From a bacterium (GTDB lineage Bacteria > UBA8248): a stretch of 64,000 bases of DNA. The notes under the pieces are model-generated. The model ran no database searches. It had not been told where the DNA came from and saw nothing but the letters and a program-made list of their open reading frames with translations. Positions 28,339 to 39,596 of the stretch are shown one piece after another. The stretch is taken from assembly GCA_965219955.1 (NCBI GenBank), contig OZ244799.1:1952001-2016000 (forward strand), in the 5' to 3' direction. The position numbers were made by a program, and so were the translations under genes. Every line of letters starts with the position of its first letter. The first letter of the stretch is position 1.

Positions 28339-28771
28339 GCAGGGGCGGTTCGCGAACCGCCCCTACAGTCATAAAATCGAAGGTGTCGGACGGAGAAGAT
28401 GCCACCCAGGTTGTAGAGGTCGCATTCGGGGTTGTTGAAAAACCCCGCACAGGACCCTGCGAATAGAAGGCTTGTAGGGACAGGCCTCCGTGCCTGTCCC
28501 TGTGAAGCGTAGCCACGGGGATGAACATATACCGTCCACAGGGGGCCGCCCCTACGGGTGAATGTGTTTTTGATCGTTATTCCGGCGAAAGCCGGAATCC
28601 ATTTGTTTCGTCTTTGTTTTTTATTTCTTGATTGCATCCCCCAATGACGAGGAGATGAAAAGCCAGCGCATTGTCATTCTGCTGGAGAATGGATTCCGGC
28701 TTTCGCCGGAATGACGGCGATGGCGAATTCGGAGCGAGCGACCTCGGACAGGCACGGAGGCCTGTCCCTAC
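28339..28771. repeat. REP-like hairpin cluster with a lone GGGGTTGTTGAAAAA end and an inverted copy of the 25091-25231 doublet
   Basis: GCAGGGGCGGTTCGCGAACCGCCCCTAC, GTAGGGACAGGCCTCCGTGCCTGTCC, ATTCCGGCGAAAGCCGGAATCC...GGATTCCGGCTTTCGCCGGAATGAC. Confidence 0.85.
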
Positions 28772-28792
28772 TTCAGTTCTCGATTCCGCCTC

Positions 28793-30082
28793 TTACAACC
28801 TATACCCCGCATCCTGGACGAATCTCGCGAGACTCGCCTTCGTCTCATCGCCAAAACGCTCGAACATCTCGAGGGTGGCCTGCTTGCTGCCCTCGACGGC
28901 CGGCTGATCGAAAGGGTTCACCCCGCGCAGCAGGCCGCCGTACACCGCCGCCCACTGCCAGAGCGCGATGAGGCCGCACACGTCGGCTACGGCCAGGGAA
29001 TCGAGCGTGAGTACCATGTGGGGCGTCCCCCTGCTCTCGGCTTCGGCGACGACGCCCGCGTGCTCCAGGTGCAAAAACTCCGTGCAGGTGACTCCTCCCG
29101 CCAGATTCTCATCCTCCTGAAATCTGCCGGCGCACAGCGACAGCCCCGCGACGTTCTCCCGCCCCCCGAAATACCGCTGGTTCGTGTGGTGCTGGCTCTC
29201 GGGCGCGCCTGCTGCGAGGATCGTCTGCCCGCACCCGGCCTTGCAGTAGCTCTCATGCACCAGTTGCACGATGAGTTCGCCCGCGCCTGAGAGCGCATGG
29301 GCGTAAATCGGCATGAAGACCTCCGTGCAGCCGGCCCGCTCCGCCCGCCAGAGTTCGAGGGCGAGGGTCTTCGCCATGTTCTCGCTCAAGGGCGCGTCGG
29401 CTCCGAGCTTTTTATGGGCCTCAGCGAAGGCGGCGTCAATCTCCCCGGCCAGCTTCGTATCCCCCTCCAGCATCGCCAGGGGCAGGAGCGCGTTGTTCTG
29501 CGCGGCGGTGAAGCGCCCGCCCACATCGTCCGGATGCGGGAAAGTGTCGAGATTCGCCTCGGCGACCATCGCGGCCAGCTTGCTCGGGCCCGAGGAGGTG
29601 ATCGCCAGCGCCGGATAGCCGCGCTCCATCAGGAGGGCGGTCTCCTGAATCACGTTTTCGGTATTGCCCGACTTGCTCACCGGAACGATGAGCGTGTTCT
29701 CGGGGTTGAACGCGTCGCCTTCGCGCAGCAACTCTCCGAGCAGTCCGCTCATGTCCGTGCCGTCGAGCAGGTGCAGCTTCCGGGCGAATCCACGACCTGA
29801 GAGCGCCAGATAGAGCGCCCACACGTTTCGTATCGAGCCCCCGTTCCCGATGACGACGACGTGCTCTTTTCCCTCCGCCGCCCCGAGTTTCGCCGCCATG
29901 CCGGAGACGTCGGCGCGCTCGGTGGCAAAATACGGCTCTCCCGGCCCGTCCTGATACCCTGCAATCAACTCTGCGCACTTTGCTGCGTCGTCGAGAAGAG
30001 CGCTCTTCTCGCGCCAGAGGTCGTCTTTACCCCTCTCGCCGAGCGGCGTCTCGAAACTCCTCACATACAGGTGCAGGCTCAA
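28793..30082 (-). CDS. pgi: Glucose-6-phosphate isomerase (short, divergent type)
   Basis: IGNGGS, VSKSGNTE, VGGRFT and NPFDQPAVEGSK; TTG start. Confidence 0.8.
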   Translation of the reverse strand: MSLHLYVRSFETPLGERGKDDLWREKSALLDDAAKCAELIAGYQDGPGEPYFATERADVSGMAAKLGAAEGKEHVVVIGNGGSIRNVWALYLALSGRGFARKLHLLDGTDMSGLLGELLREGDAFNPENTLIVPVSKSGNTENVIQETALLMERGYPALAITSSGPSKLAAMVAEANLDTFPHPDDVGGRFTAAQNNALLPLAMLEGDTKLAGEIDAAFAEAHKKLGADAPLSENMAKTLALELWRAERAGCTEVFMPIYAHALSGAGELIVQLVHESYCKAGCGQTILAAGAPESQHHTNQRYFGGRENVAGLSLCAGRFQEDENLAGGVTCTEFLHLEHAGVVAEAESRGTPHMVLTLDSLAVADVCGLIALWQWAAVYGGLLRGVNPFDQPAVEGSKQATLEMFERFGDETKASLARFVQDAGYRL

Positions 30083-30126
30083 AGCCGGACTCCTCGTATC
30101 TCAAGTGGTGGACAATTCTTCGCCAA

Positions 30127-30984
30127 TTATATCGGCCCCTCGTCCAGATGGGCCTTCATGCTGCGCAGGACGATGGGGATGAGACCCGCGCGCGGGAGAT
30201 CAAGGCGCTCGAAAACGAACGCAGCCGCCTCCTGGGGCGAAACGTCACCTCCCTTTTGAGACAAAACCTCCTGAATCAGCCCGTCGATTTCTCTCAAATA
30301 ACCCACCCCGCTCTTGATATGGCTTGCGACTGCCTCATCGCGTGAGACGGCCCGGCTCATGGCGGAGAGCAGGACGTTCACTCCATCGAGGGCCTTCAAC
30401 CTCTCCAGGCTCGCCAGCGTGTCCCCCACGCTCTCATAAATCGGCAGCGTGCCCGGTTCGGGCAGCACGTCGCCTGAGATGAGCGCGCCGTCTTCCGGCA
30501 CAAAGAAAGAAAGGCTCCCCGCCGAATGGCCCGGCGTGTGGATCACTCGGACTTTGACGCCTCCAGGGGATATCTCATCGCCTTCCGCGAGAAAACCGGC
30601 GAGCTTAACGGGGCCGGACACCGCATCGCGCATCCTCCCCACCGGGCGGACGCTGTGCTGATAGTCCAGATCCTCTATCATCCGCCTCTCGGCTTCGGGG
30701 CCCAGAAACTCAGGGTTTGCCCGCCCGGCGATCAGGCCGTTTCCGCCGATGTGATCGAAATGGGAGTGCGTGAGCAGGACGTGCGCTATCTCTTCGGGCT
30801 TCCTGCCGATGGATTCGATGTAGGCGAAAATGTCCGGCGCTGTTGAGGCGACGCCCGTATCGATCAGGGTGAGCGTATCGCCCGCGAGGATATAGGACGT
30901 GACGAACCGGGGAATCCGTTCGCCCTGCGGCGTCTTGATCTCGAATTCCAGCCAGAGGCAATGCACGCGCGGCGTGATCTGCAT
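30127..30984 (-). CDS. MBL-fold metallo-hydrolase
   Basis: LIDTG, THSHFDHIGG, HTPGHS and ISGD; start may be 31032. Confidence 0.9.
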   Translation of the reverse strand: MQITPRVHCLWLEFEIKTPQGERIPRFVTSYILAGDTLTLIDTGVASTAPDIFAYIESIGRKPEEIAHVLLTHSHFDHIGGNGLIAGRANPEFLGPEAERRMIEDLDYQHSVRPVGRMRDAVSGPVKLAGFLAEGDEISPGGVKVRVIHTPGHSAGSLSFFVPEDGALISGDVLPEPGTLPIYESVGDTLASLERLKALDGVNVLLSAMSRAVSRDEAVASHIKSGVGYLREIDGLIQEVLSQKGGDVSPQEAAAFVFERLDLPRAGLIPIVLRSMKAHLDEGPI

Positions 30985-31066
30985 GGAATCATCCTTGACG
31001 ATGGGGGAAAGGCGTATCGGTTCACCCGACACCGGGAATCTACCAAAAGCGCAAGCCGCGCGAAAC

Positions 31067-31575
31067 GGGGTTGTTGAAAAAGTCTGGAAGGAAATAAATC
31101 ACTCCCCCCTTGAGGGGCTTGTTGATAAACCCCGAGAAGAAAATTTGTTTGTGTGTAGGGGTCGCATATATGCGACCCTGATTTTTTTGCCCACTACAAG
31201 GGCCGCATATATGCGGCCCCTACAATCCCTTCGGCAAGGCGGTATCCCATTGCCGACATTGCAGGGTTTTTCAACAGCCCCTTGAGAGGGTCGTTGAAAA
31301 AGCCTGGTCTGCTCCTCCGCTAACCGCCAACGCCTCTTTCCTCACCCTGAGTAGCCGCCGAAGGCGGCGTATCGAAGGGCGCAGGGAGTCGAACGCCTCG
31401 CGCCGGGCGAGAGGGCATCCTTCGATACGCGGCTCCGCCGCTACTCAGGATGAGGCGGAGAGGGGGGTTTTTAAACAGCCCCTTGAGGGAGTGGTTGGTT
31501 CACGCTCTGCAAGCGAGGAGTAAAGTTTCATCCCTCCATGACCGGCTCCATAAGTGGAATCACAAAATCACGAAA
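31067..31575. mobile_element. Nested MITE-like structure: two TIR-bounded elements inserted in tandem into the loop of an ACTCCCCC-TTGA-GGGAGT hairpin, inside an outer element
   Basis: TTGA at 31110, 31282 and 31483 separates element 1 (31114-31281) and element 2 (31286-31482); outer TIR at 31067; tail 31493-31575 is homologous to 50253-50330. Confidence 0.75.
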
Positions 31576-31699
31576 TCCTCATCTTTTCCTCGTCCCTATC
31601 TTGCTGTATAAAGCCGCTTTGCGGCGCGTCGGCCAAAAAACTCGGCCTTCGAGCGAACAGCCCGCCGCGTGCGGAGAACATTTTCTCAGGGAGTTCATC

Positions 31700-32122
31700 A
31701 TGAACACGACCGCCTTGGGGCTGACCCTGCTCGCCGTCCTGTGCTTCGGCGTCTGGGGGTTCTTCATGAAGCTGGGCCAGGAGCGCCTGGGCGCCATGCC
31801 CCACCTGATGGGCATGGGCGTCACGACCGCGGTCGTCGTGGTCATCGCCGTCTTGAGCAGGCAGTTCCCGCTCCCGCCGATGCGCGCGGAGGTCATGTGG
31901 CTGCCCGTGGTCGCCACGGTGGCCACCCTGCTCGCCATGCTCTTTCTCGTGCTGGCGCTGTCGAAGGCGCAGGGCCAGACGGCGGGCGTGGTCGCGCTCT
32001 CGGCGCTTTATCCGGGCGTCACGGCGATTCTGGCGGCGATGTTTCTGGGCGAGGGCTTCACGCCCGCCAAGGTGGGCGGGCTCGTCTGCGCCGCTCTGGC
32101 CGCATTCCTGTTCACGCGCTAG
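31700..32122 (+). CDS. Single-domain EamA family membrane protein
   Basis: FGVWGFFMK, VVALSALYPGVT and FLGE; 140 aa. Confidence 0.85.
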   Translation: MNTTALGLTLLAVLCFGVWGFFMKLGQERLGAMPHLMGMGVTTAVVVVIAVLSRQFPLPPMRAEVMWLPVVATVATLLAMLFLVLALSKAQGQTAGVVALSALYPGVTAILAAMFLGEGFTPAKVGGLVCAALAAFLFTR

Positions 32123-32139
32123 GTGGATACGCTTAAACC

Positions 32140-34287
32140 ATGACGACCAAACGCGGACTTCGCATCGGCATCGACACGGGCGGCACGTTCACCGACGTGG
32201 TCGGCGTGCGCTCGGACACCGGCGAGGTCTTCACCACCAAGACGCCGACGACGCCCGCCGATTTCAGCGAGGGGCTGATCCAGGGCATCCGGAAAATTCT
32301 CTCCGAGACCAAGATCCGCCCCGCCATGGTGAACGGCGTCTTCCACGGCACGACGGTGGCGACGAACGCGATCCTGGAGCGCCGCTTCGAGGACCTGGGC
32401 TTCATCGTCACGGGCGGTTTCCGCCACCTGCTGGAGATTGGCGGCGCGAACGGCGCGGGGAAGGCCAATTACGCCGCTCCCCTGCTCGCAAAGCCACGCG
32501 ACGCGCTGGTCCGCCCCGAACGGGTCCGGGAAGCCAAAGAGAGAGTCTCCGCATCCGGCGAAGTTCTCGAGTCCCTGAACGAACAGGACGCCCTCAAGCT
32601 CGCCAGATGGTTCAAGGGGCAGAAGATCGGCTCCGTGGGGGTCTGCCTGCTCCACGCCTACGCCAACCCGGCGCACGAGGAGTTGATATTAGAGGCCTTC
32701 GAGCGCGAATACCCGGAATGTTTCGTGAGCATATCGAGCGAGGTGATACCCGAACCCGGCGAGTACGAGCGCGCCATCACAACGCTTCTCGATGCGTGCA
32801 TCAAACCGCGCATCAAGGCGTATGTCGAGAACGCTTCGAAGAAAATCGAGGATACGCTCGGCGGCGCGCCCTTCATGATCATGAAGAGCAACGGCGGCGT
32901 CTCCACCGCGCGCGAGATCGCCAAACGGCCGATAAGCACCGTGCTGTCGGGGCCGGCCGCGGGCGCGCTCTCCGCCGCTTTCCTGGGGCAACTCTCGGGG
33001 CATGAGCAGCTCATCACCCTGGACGGGGGCGGCACCTCGACCGACATCGCCGTGGTCGAGGGCGGCGAGGCGAAGCGCGCCACGCGGCATCAGTTGGATG
33101 AGTTTTACTTGAGGATGCCGATGATCGACGTCGTCACCATCGGCACGGGCGGCGGGTCGGTCGCGTGGCGAAGCCCCGAGGGGCGGCTCCGCGTGGGCCC
33201 CAGGAGCGCGGGCGCGGACCCGGGCCCCATCTGCTACGGCAAGGGCGGGGAGGAACCCACCCTCACCGACGCGAACCTGCTCCTCGCACGCAGCCCGCTC
33301 CACCTGGCGGGCGGCGAGGTGAAGCTCAACAAGGCCCTCGCCATGAAGGCCATGCGCGGTCTGGCGCGCGAATTCGACATGAACCCCCACGAGATGGCCT
33401 CGGGCGTGGTCGAGATCGCCGCCTGGAACCAGACCCATGCCGTGCGCCGCGCGACGGTGCAGCGGGGGATTTCTCCCAAGAACTTCGCCCTGATGGCCTT
33501 CGGCGGCTCCGGCCCCCTGACGGCCGGCCTCGTGGCCGAACTGCTCGAGATCGACACCGTCATCGTGCCGCCCTTCGCGGGCATGACGAGCGCGTTCGGG
33601 CTGGAGGTCGTCGACCTGGTGAACGACCACGCGGCGGCGCACTATCAATCCGAAGAAAACGTCCGGCCCGACGCCCTGGGCGACGCGTATGAGAGACTCG
33701 AAGCCCAGGCGGCGGCGGGCCTCGAAAGCGAGGGGGTTCCCGCCCACCGGCGGATGATGCGGCGCACCGCCGAGATGCGCTACCAGGGAGAGGCCACCGA
33801 GATAGAAGTCGACGTGCCCGGCGGCTACCTCACCCCGCCGGTTCTGGCGGAGGCCTTCGAGCGCTTCCACACCCTCTACCAGCGCCGCTACACCTACAAC
33901 CACAAAGGCAGCCGCCCGGTCGAGATCGTGCACCTGCGCGTGACGGGTATCGGCATGACGGAGCCGCCGAACCTGCCCCTCATCTCCGCGGGCGATGACA
34001 GCCCCGAGGAGGCCTACAAGGGCGCGCGCCTCGTCTGGTTCAAGGAGTTGGGCGGATTCCACGACACGCCGGTCTATTACCGGGAAAGACTACTCGAGGG
34101 CAACTACATCCCGGGGCCCGCCATCGTCGAGAGTTTCGGCAGCACCACGGCCATCTTCCCGAGGCAGGAAGCCCGCGTGGACAGGTACGGAAACCTGGTG
34201 ATGCGCTTCCGAGCGCAAGTCTTCGAGCGCGACGAGCGCGCCGGCAGGCCGACGGGCGATCACGGCGTGGGAGCGGCCTGGGGATGA
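32140..34287 (+). CDS. Hydantoinase A/oxoprolinase family ATP-dependent subunit
   Basis: IGIDTGGTFTD, HGTTVATNA, SGPAAG, DGGGTSTD, GPRSAGADPGP and FGGSG. Confidence 0.93.
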   Translation: MTTKRGLRIGIDTGGTFTDVVGVRSDTGEVFTTKTPTTPADFSEGLIQGIRKILSETKIRPAMVNGVFHGTTVATNAILERRFEDLGFIVTGGFRHLLEIGGANGAGKANYAAPLLAKPRDALVRPERVREAKERVSASGEVLESLNEQDALKLARWFKGQKIGSVGVCLLHAYANPAHEELILEAFEREYPECFVSISSEVIPEPGEYERAITTLLDACIKPRIKAYVENASKKIEDTLGGAPFMIMKSNGGVSTAREIAKRPISTVLSGPAAGALSAAFLGQLSGHEQLITLDGGGTSTDIAVVEGGEAKRATRHQLDEFYLRMPMIDVVTIGTGGGSVAWRSPEGRLRVGPRSAGADPGPICYGKGGEEPTLTDANLLLARSPLHLAGGEVKLNKALAMKAMRGLAREFDMNPHEMASGVVEIAAWNQTHAVRRATVQRGISPKNFALMAFGGSGPLTAGLVAELLEIDTVIVPPFAGMTSAFGLEVVDLVNDHAAAHYQSEENVRPDALGDAYERLEAQAAAGLESEGVPAHRRMMRRTAEMRYQGEATEIEVDVPGGYLTPPVLAEAFERFHTLYQRRYTYNHKGSRPVEIVHLRVTGIGMTEPPNLPLISAGDDSPEEAYKGARLVWFKELGGFHDTPVYYRERLLEGNYIPGPAIVESFGSTTAIFPRQEARVDRYGNLVMRFRAQVFERDERAGRPTGDHGVGAAWG

Positions 34288-35996
34288 ACGCGAACCCGAT
34301 AGTGAGTGAAATTCTCGCGGGCGCGCTGCGCGCCATCGAAGAAGAGGTCGAGGACCTCCTCGCGCGCATCTGGCGAAGCCCCTCGCTGCGCGACGCAGGC
34401 GATTTTTCCGTCTGCCTGTTCGACCGCTTCGGACGCGCGCTCACCGGGCGGGTGCTCGCCACCGGCCCCGCGCCCGTCATCCGCGCGTATCCCGAGATGG
34501 ACGAGGGCGACGTTTTCCTCCACAACGACCCCTACATGCCCCCCGCGGGTCTGGGAGAAGCCGCTGAGCTCTGCCTCACCCGCCCCCTGTTCGCGGATGG
34601 CGCGCTCATCGCCTTCTTGCAGGTCAGAGGACGCCACGACGACCTGGGCGGCGCGCTGCCCGGCGGGGCGAGCGTCGGCTCGCGCGAGAGCTATCACGAA
34701 GGGGTCCTCATACCGCCGGTGCGGGTCGCGTGTGGGGATGAGACGGTCGAGGACATCAAGACGCTGCTCCTCAGGAACAGCCGCCAGGCCCATCTGTTGG
34801 GTGACGACATCGACGCCCAACTCGGCGCGCTCCGCGTCGGCGCCGCACGCCTTAAAGAGCTGACGAGGCGATACGGGGCGGAGAACCTGACGGCGTGCTT
34901 CGCCGATCTGCTGAGAGAGTGCGAACTCGCGTTCCGCGGCCATCTCATCCCGGAACTCCCCGAAAAAAGCTGGACGGCGCACGCCGCCGTCGAAACAGAC
35001 GGCTTGAACGGCCCCCACGAACTCACGCTCACCCTCACGCGGCGCAAAGACACCCTGCGTATCGGACTGGACGCAGCCCCCCAGGCGCGCGGCCCCATCA
35101 ACTGTCCTCTGGAGGGAGAAGGCGCGCAGTTCCTCACCCGTCTCCTCGCTCCCATGCTCCTCCACCTGCAGGACGATATGAATGAGACTCCCCTGAACGA
35201 CGGGGCCTTGCGGGCATTCCAGGTGCAACTGCCGGAACCGGGCACGATTCTCACCCCCCGCTTCCCGGCGCCGACGGGCCTGAGGGCGCTCACGCTCGCC
35301 AAACTGCTCTCGGCGTTCGGCGAAGCGCTCTTCGAGGCCTCGGGGGGCCGCACGCCCACCGGTTTCGACAACCTGAGGACGCTCAGCTTCTGGGGACACG
35401 ACGAGAAAGGCGGCTTCCACCTGCTGAGAGAAGCCCTGGGCGCAGGCGCGGGCGCGCACACGACGGGAGACGGGGCATCCGCCGTTCCCCCGCTCGGCGC
35501 GACCGGCGGCATGCCCGTCGAGGTGATGGAGGCGCGCTATCCGGTGCGGGTCGAGTCGATGGGATTGGCGCAGGATTCGGGCGGCGCGGGCGCGCGGCGC
35601 GGCGGCCTGGGCGTTTTTCGGGAATACCGCATGCTCATCGACGGCGTTTCGGCGAGCGCGGCGGGAAGCGCCGAAGCCGGCCCCGCAGGCGGCCCGGGCG
35701 CATCGGCCGGAAAGCCCTACGAGATTCGCCATCGCTCGGGAAAAAAGAGCGCGCAGGCTCCAGCAGTCGGCGCGTCAACCGCGTTCTCAAAAGGCGATTC
35801 GATTCGCGTCTCCACTCCCGGCGGCGGCGGATGGGGCGACCCCGGGGAGCGCGACCCCGAGGAAGTGCGGGCCGACGTTCTGCGCGGATTCGTCTCCGCA
35901 AAGGCGGCGGAGGCGGCCTACGGCGTGGTTCTGGGCGGCGCGCCGGGCTTCAAGATCGACGAGGATGCGACCCGAAAGCGCAGGCAGGGAAAATAA
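34284..35996 (+). CDS. Hydantoinase B/oxoprolinase family subunit
   Basis: HNDPY, DLGG, EGVLIPP, PVEVME, DSGGAGARRGGLG and TPGGGGWGDP; ATGA overlap with subunit A. Confidence 0.9.
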   Translation: MNANPIVSEILAGALRAIEEEVEDLLARIWRSPSLRDAGDFSVCLFDRFGRALTGRVLATGPAPVIRAYPEMDEGDVFLHNDPYMPPAGLGEAAELCLTRPLFADGALIAFLQVRGRHDDLGGALPGGASVGSRESYHEGVLIPPVRVACGDETVEDIKTLLLRNSRQAHLLGDDIDAQLGALRVGAARLKELTRRYGAENLTACFADLLRECELAFRGHLIPELPEKSWTAHAAVETDGLNGPHELTLTLTRRKDTLRIGLDAAPQARGPINCPLEGEGAQFLTRLLAPMLLHLQDDMNETPLNDGALRAFQVQLPEPGTILTPRFPAPTGLRALTLAKLLSAFGEALFEASGGRTPTGFDNLRTLSFWGHDEKGGFHLLREALGAGAGAHTTGDGASAVPPLGATGGMPVEVMEARYPVRVESMGLAQDSGGAGARRGGLGVFREYRMLIDGVSASAAGSAEAGPAGGPGASAGKPYEIRHRSGKKSAQAPAVGASTAFSKGDSIRVSTPGGGGWGDPGERDPEEVRADVLRGFVSAKAAEAAYGVVLGGAPGFKIDEDATRKRRQGK

Positions 35997-36149
35997 TTTC
36001 GCACTTTTTCCCCGATGTAGTGGATTCAAGGCGCAAAGGAGGATAAAAACCCTCTGCCGCACTTGGAGCCGCCTATCGTATCGGGTAGAATCCGCCCGCG
36101 CAGGAATCAATGAGCGCACGCAAGGCCTGAGCAAACAATTTTCCCCTAA

Positions 36150-37181
<1,032 letters not shown>

Positions 37182-37195
37182 GAGGCTTCAAGGCA

Positions 37196-38419
37196 ATGGC
37201 GACGATCACGAGCAACATCGAAAACGGCGACCCGAAACTCGGCGTCGAGGACGTCGACGTCGCGGGAAAGCGGGTTTTCCTGCGCGTCGATTTCAACGTG
37301 CCGCTCGACGACCAGGGGCACATCACCGACGATACCCGCATCAGGGCGGCCCTGCCCACCATCAACTATCTTCTGGATGAGGGCGCGCGGGTCGTCATCG
37401 GCTCCCACATCGGCCAGCCGAAGGGGAGGGTCGACCCGAAAAATTCCTTCGCCCCGGTCGCAAAGCGCCTGGCCCGGCTTCTGGAGAAGGAATGCCCCCT
37501 CGCGCCCACTCCCACGGGAGCGGAAACCAGGAGCATGGCGGAGGAGATGAGACCCGGACAGGTGCTCCTGCTGGAGAACCTCCGGTTCCATCCGGGTGAG
37601 GAGAAAAACGACGATAAATTCGCCCGCGATCTCGCCTCGCTGGCGGATATCTACATCGGCGATGCGTTCGGCAACGCCCACCGCAAGCACGCCTCGATGT
37701 CGGCAATCACGAAATTCCTGAACCCCGCCGTCGCCGGTTTTCTGATGATCAAGGAAGTGAGCTACTTGAGCGGCGCGGTGAACAACCCGATGCGCCCCGT
37801 GGTGGCGATTGTCGGGGGCGCGAAGGCGAGCGCCAAAATCGGCATCGTCGAGCGGATACTTCCGAAAATGGACAAGATCATCATCGGGGGCGGCATGGCG
37901 GGTACTTTCCACCGCGCGCTGGGCTACGAGATGGGCAACAGCCTGGTCGAGGAGCACATGATGGAAACGGCGCGCTCGATCATGAACAAGGCGCACGAGC
38001 TGGAGGTGAAGTTCTACCTCCCCAGCGACTACGTGATCGCGGACAAATTCGAGGCTTCGGCCGAAACCAAGGTGGTGCCCGCCCAGGAAGTGCCCGAGGA
38101 GTGGTATGCGCTCGACATCGGCCCCGCCAGCACCACCTTGTTCGGAGAGGTGCTCCAGGACGCGAAAACCATCATCTGGAACGGCCCGATGGGCGTGTTC
38201 GAGGTCGACGCCTTCTCGCGCGGAACGTACGCCATGGTGAACCATGTGGCGAATTCCTATGCGCTGACGATAGTGGGCGGCGGCGATACGGACGTGGCGG
38301 TTCACGCCGCGGGCGAATCTCGCCGCATCTCCTACATCAGCACGGGCGGCGGCGCCTTCCTGGAACTGCTCGAGGGGAAAGAGCTCCCCGGCCTCGCCTC
38401 TCTGACGGACAAAAACTAA
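37196..38419 (+). CDS. pgk: Phosphoglycerate kinase
   Basis: RVDFNVP, LENLRF, WNGPMGVFE and STGGGA. Confidence 0.98.
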   Translation: MATITSNIENGDPKLGVEDVDVAGKRVFLRVDFNVPLDDQGHITDDTRIRAALPTINYLLDEGARVVIGSHIGQPKGRVDPKNSFAPVAKRLARLLEKECPLAPTPTGAETRSMAEEMRPGQVLLLENLRFHPGEEKNDDKFARDLASLADIYIGDAFGNAHRKHASMSAITKFLNPAVAGFLMIKEVSYLSGAVNNPMRPVVAIVGGAKASAKIGIVERILPKMDKIIIGGGMAGTFHRALGYEMGNSLVEEHMMETARSIMNKAHELEVKFYLPSDYVIADKFEASAETKVVPAQEVPEEWYALDIGPASTTLFGEVLQDAKTIIWNGPMGVFEVDAFSRGTYAMVNHVANSYALTIVGGGDTDVAVHAAGESRRISYISTGGGAFLELLEGKELPGLASLTDKN

Positions 38420-38449
38420 GACACGAAAAAAGAAAAAGAGGAACTCGCG

Positions 38450-39232
38450 ATGCGGCGCGCCCTCGTGGCCGGCAACTGGAAGATGAACAAGACGATCGAC
38501 GAGGCGCGAACCCTTGCGCGCGAAGTGGCCCAAGGCATCGCGGGAGAGAACCCATCCGGCGTTGACGTCCTGCTGGGACCTCCCTATCTCGCCCTCACGG
38601 CGGTGGCGGAAGCGGTCTCGGGGAGCGCGATTGGCGTCGCCGGACAAAACTGTTCCCATCACCCGGACGGCGCATACACCGGCGAGGTGAGCGTCTCGAT
38701 GCTCCGGGACGCGGGCGCCACCCACGTTATCCTCGGACACAGCGAGAGGCGCGAGTTGATGGGAGAAGGCGACGGCCTCATCGCCCGCAAGGCGCGGGCC
38801 GCGAGCGCGGGCGGCCTCACGCCCATCATCTGCCTGGGCGAGCCGTTTACAACGAGAAAAGCCGGAAAGACGCTCGAGCGCATCGCCCACCAGGTGGAGC
38901 ACTCGATTCAGGGCGCGTTCAAATCTCCTCCCCCGGGGGGTTTCATCGTCGCGTACGAACCCGTTTGGGCCATCGGAACGGGCCTCACCGCCACGCCCGA
39001 GCAGGCCCAGGAGGCGCACGCCTTCATCCGCGAGCGGCTCGAGGCGATTTTTGGCTTGGAATGCGCGCAGGAAACGCGTATCTTATACGGAGGCAGCGTG
39101 AAACCGGATAATGCCGCGGAGTTGTTCGCCGGGCCCGACATCGACGGCGGCCTCATCGGCGGGGCGAGCCTGAACAGCGGAGATTTCCTGGAAATCATCC
39201 GCGCCGCGCGGACGGATTCCGCATCGACATGA
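38450..39232 (+). CDS. tpiA: Triosephosphate isomerase
   Basis: AGNWKMN, GHSERR, AYEPVWAIGTG and YGGSVKP. Confidence 0.98.
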   Translation: MRRALVAGNWKMNKTIDEARTLAREVAQGIAGENPSGVDVLLGPPYLALTAVAEAVSGSAIGVAGQNCSHHPDGAYTGEVSVSMLRDAGATHVILGHSERRELMGEGDGLIARKARAASAGGLTPIICLGEPFTTRKAGKTLERIAHQVEHSIQGAFKSPPPGGFIVAYEPVWAIGTGLTATPEQAQEAHAFIRERLEAIFGLECAQETRILYGGSVKPDNAAELFAGPDIDGGLIGGASLNSGDFLEIIRAARTDSAST

Positions 39233-39245
39233 AAAGAGTGAGAAA

Positions 39246-39554
39246 ATGACGATAGTTTTGACCGTTTTGCATGTGGCCGTGGCGATTTGCCTGATCCTCT
39301 CCGTGCTTCTCCAGGCGGGCAAGGGCGGCGGCATGGGCGCCGCCTTCGGCGGGTCGAGCGACACGATGTTCGGCACGCGGGGGCCGGTGAACTTCCTGAG
39401 CAAGGTCACGACCGGCGCCGCCGTCCTCTTCATGGTGACCTCGCTTCTGCTCACCTACATCGGCTCGCACAACGCCAACCAGGGCGGTTCGATAGTGCCC
39501 AACACACCGCTACAAGCCGCACCCGCAACACCTGCCGCCCCGGAAAAGAAATAG
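39246..39554 (+). CDS. secG: Preprotein translocase subunit SecG
   Basis: VLLQAGKGGGMGAAFGG and FLSKVT; follows tpiA. Confidence 0.95.
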   Translation: MTIVLTVLHVAVAICLILSVLLQAGKGGGMGAAFGGSSDTMFGTRGPVNFLSKVTTGAAVLFMVTSLLLTYIGSHNANQGGSIVPNTPLQAAPATPAAPEKK

Positions 39555-39596
39555 AGCGAGGCCGACTCCTCTATTCCAGCGTTCTGAGGGCCGACG

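Noticed and set aside
22802-31575. Repeat clusters considered as CRISPR arrays or integron attC cassettes
   Set aside because: No constant repeat with regular spacers, no cas or integrase genes, no attC core pattern.
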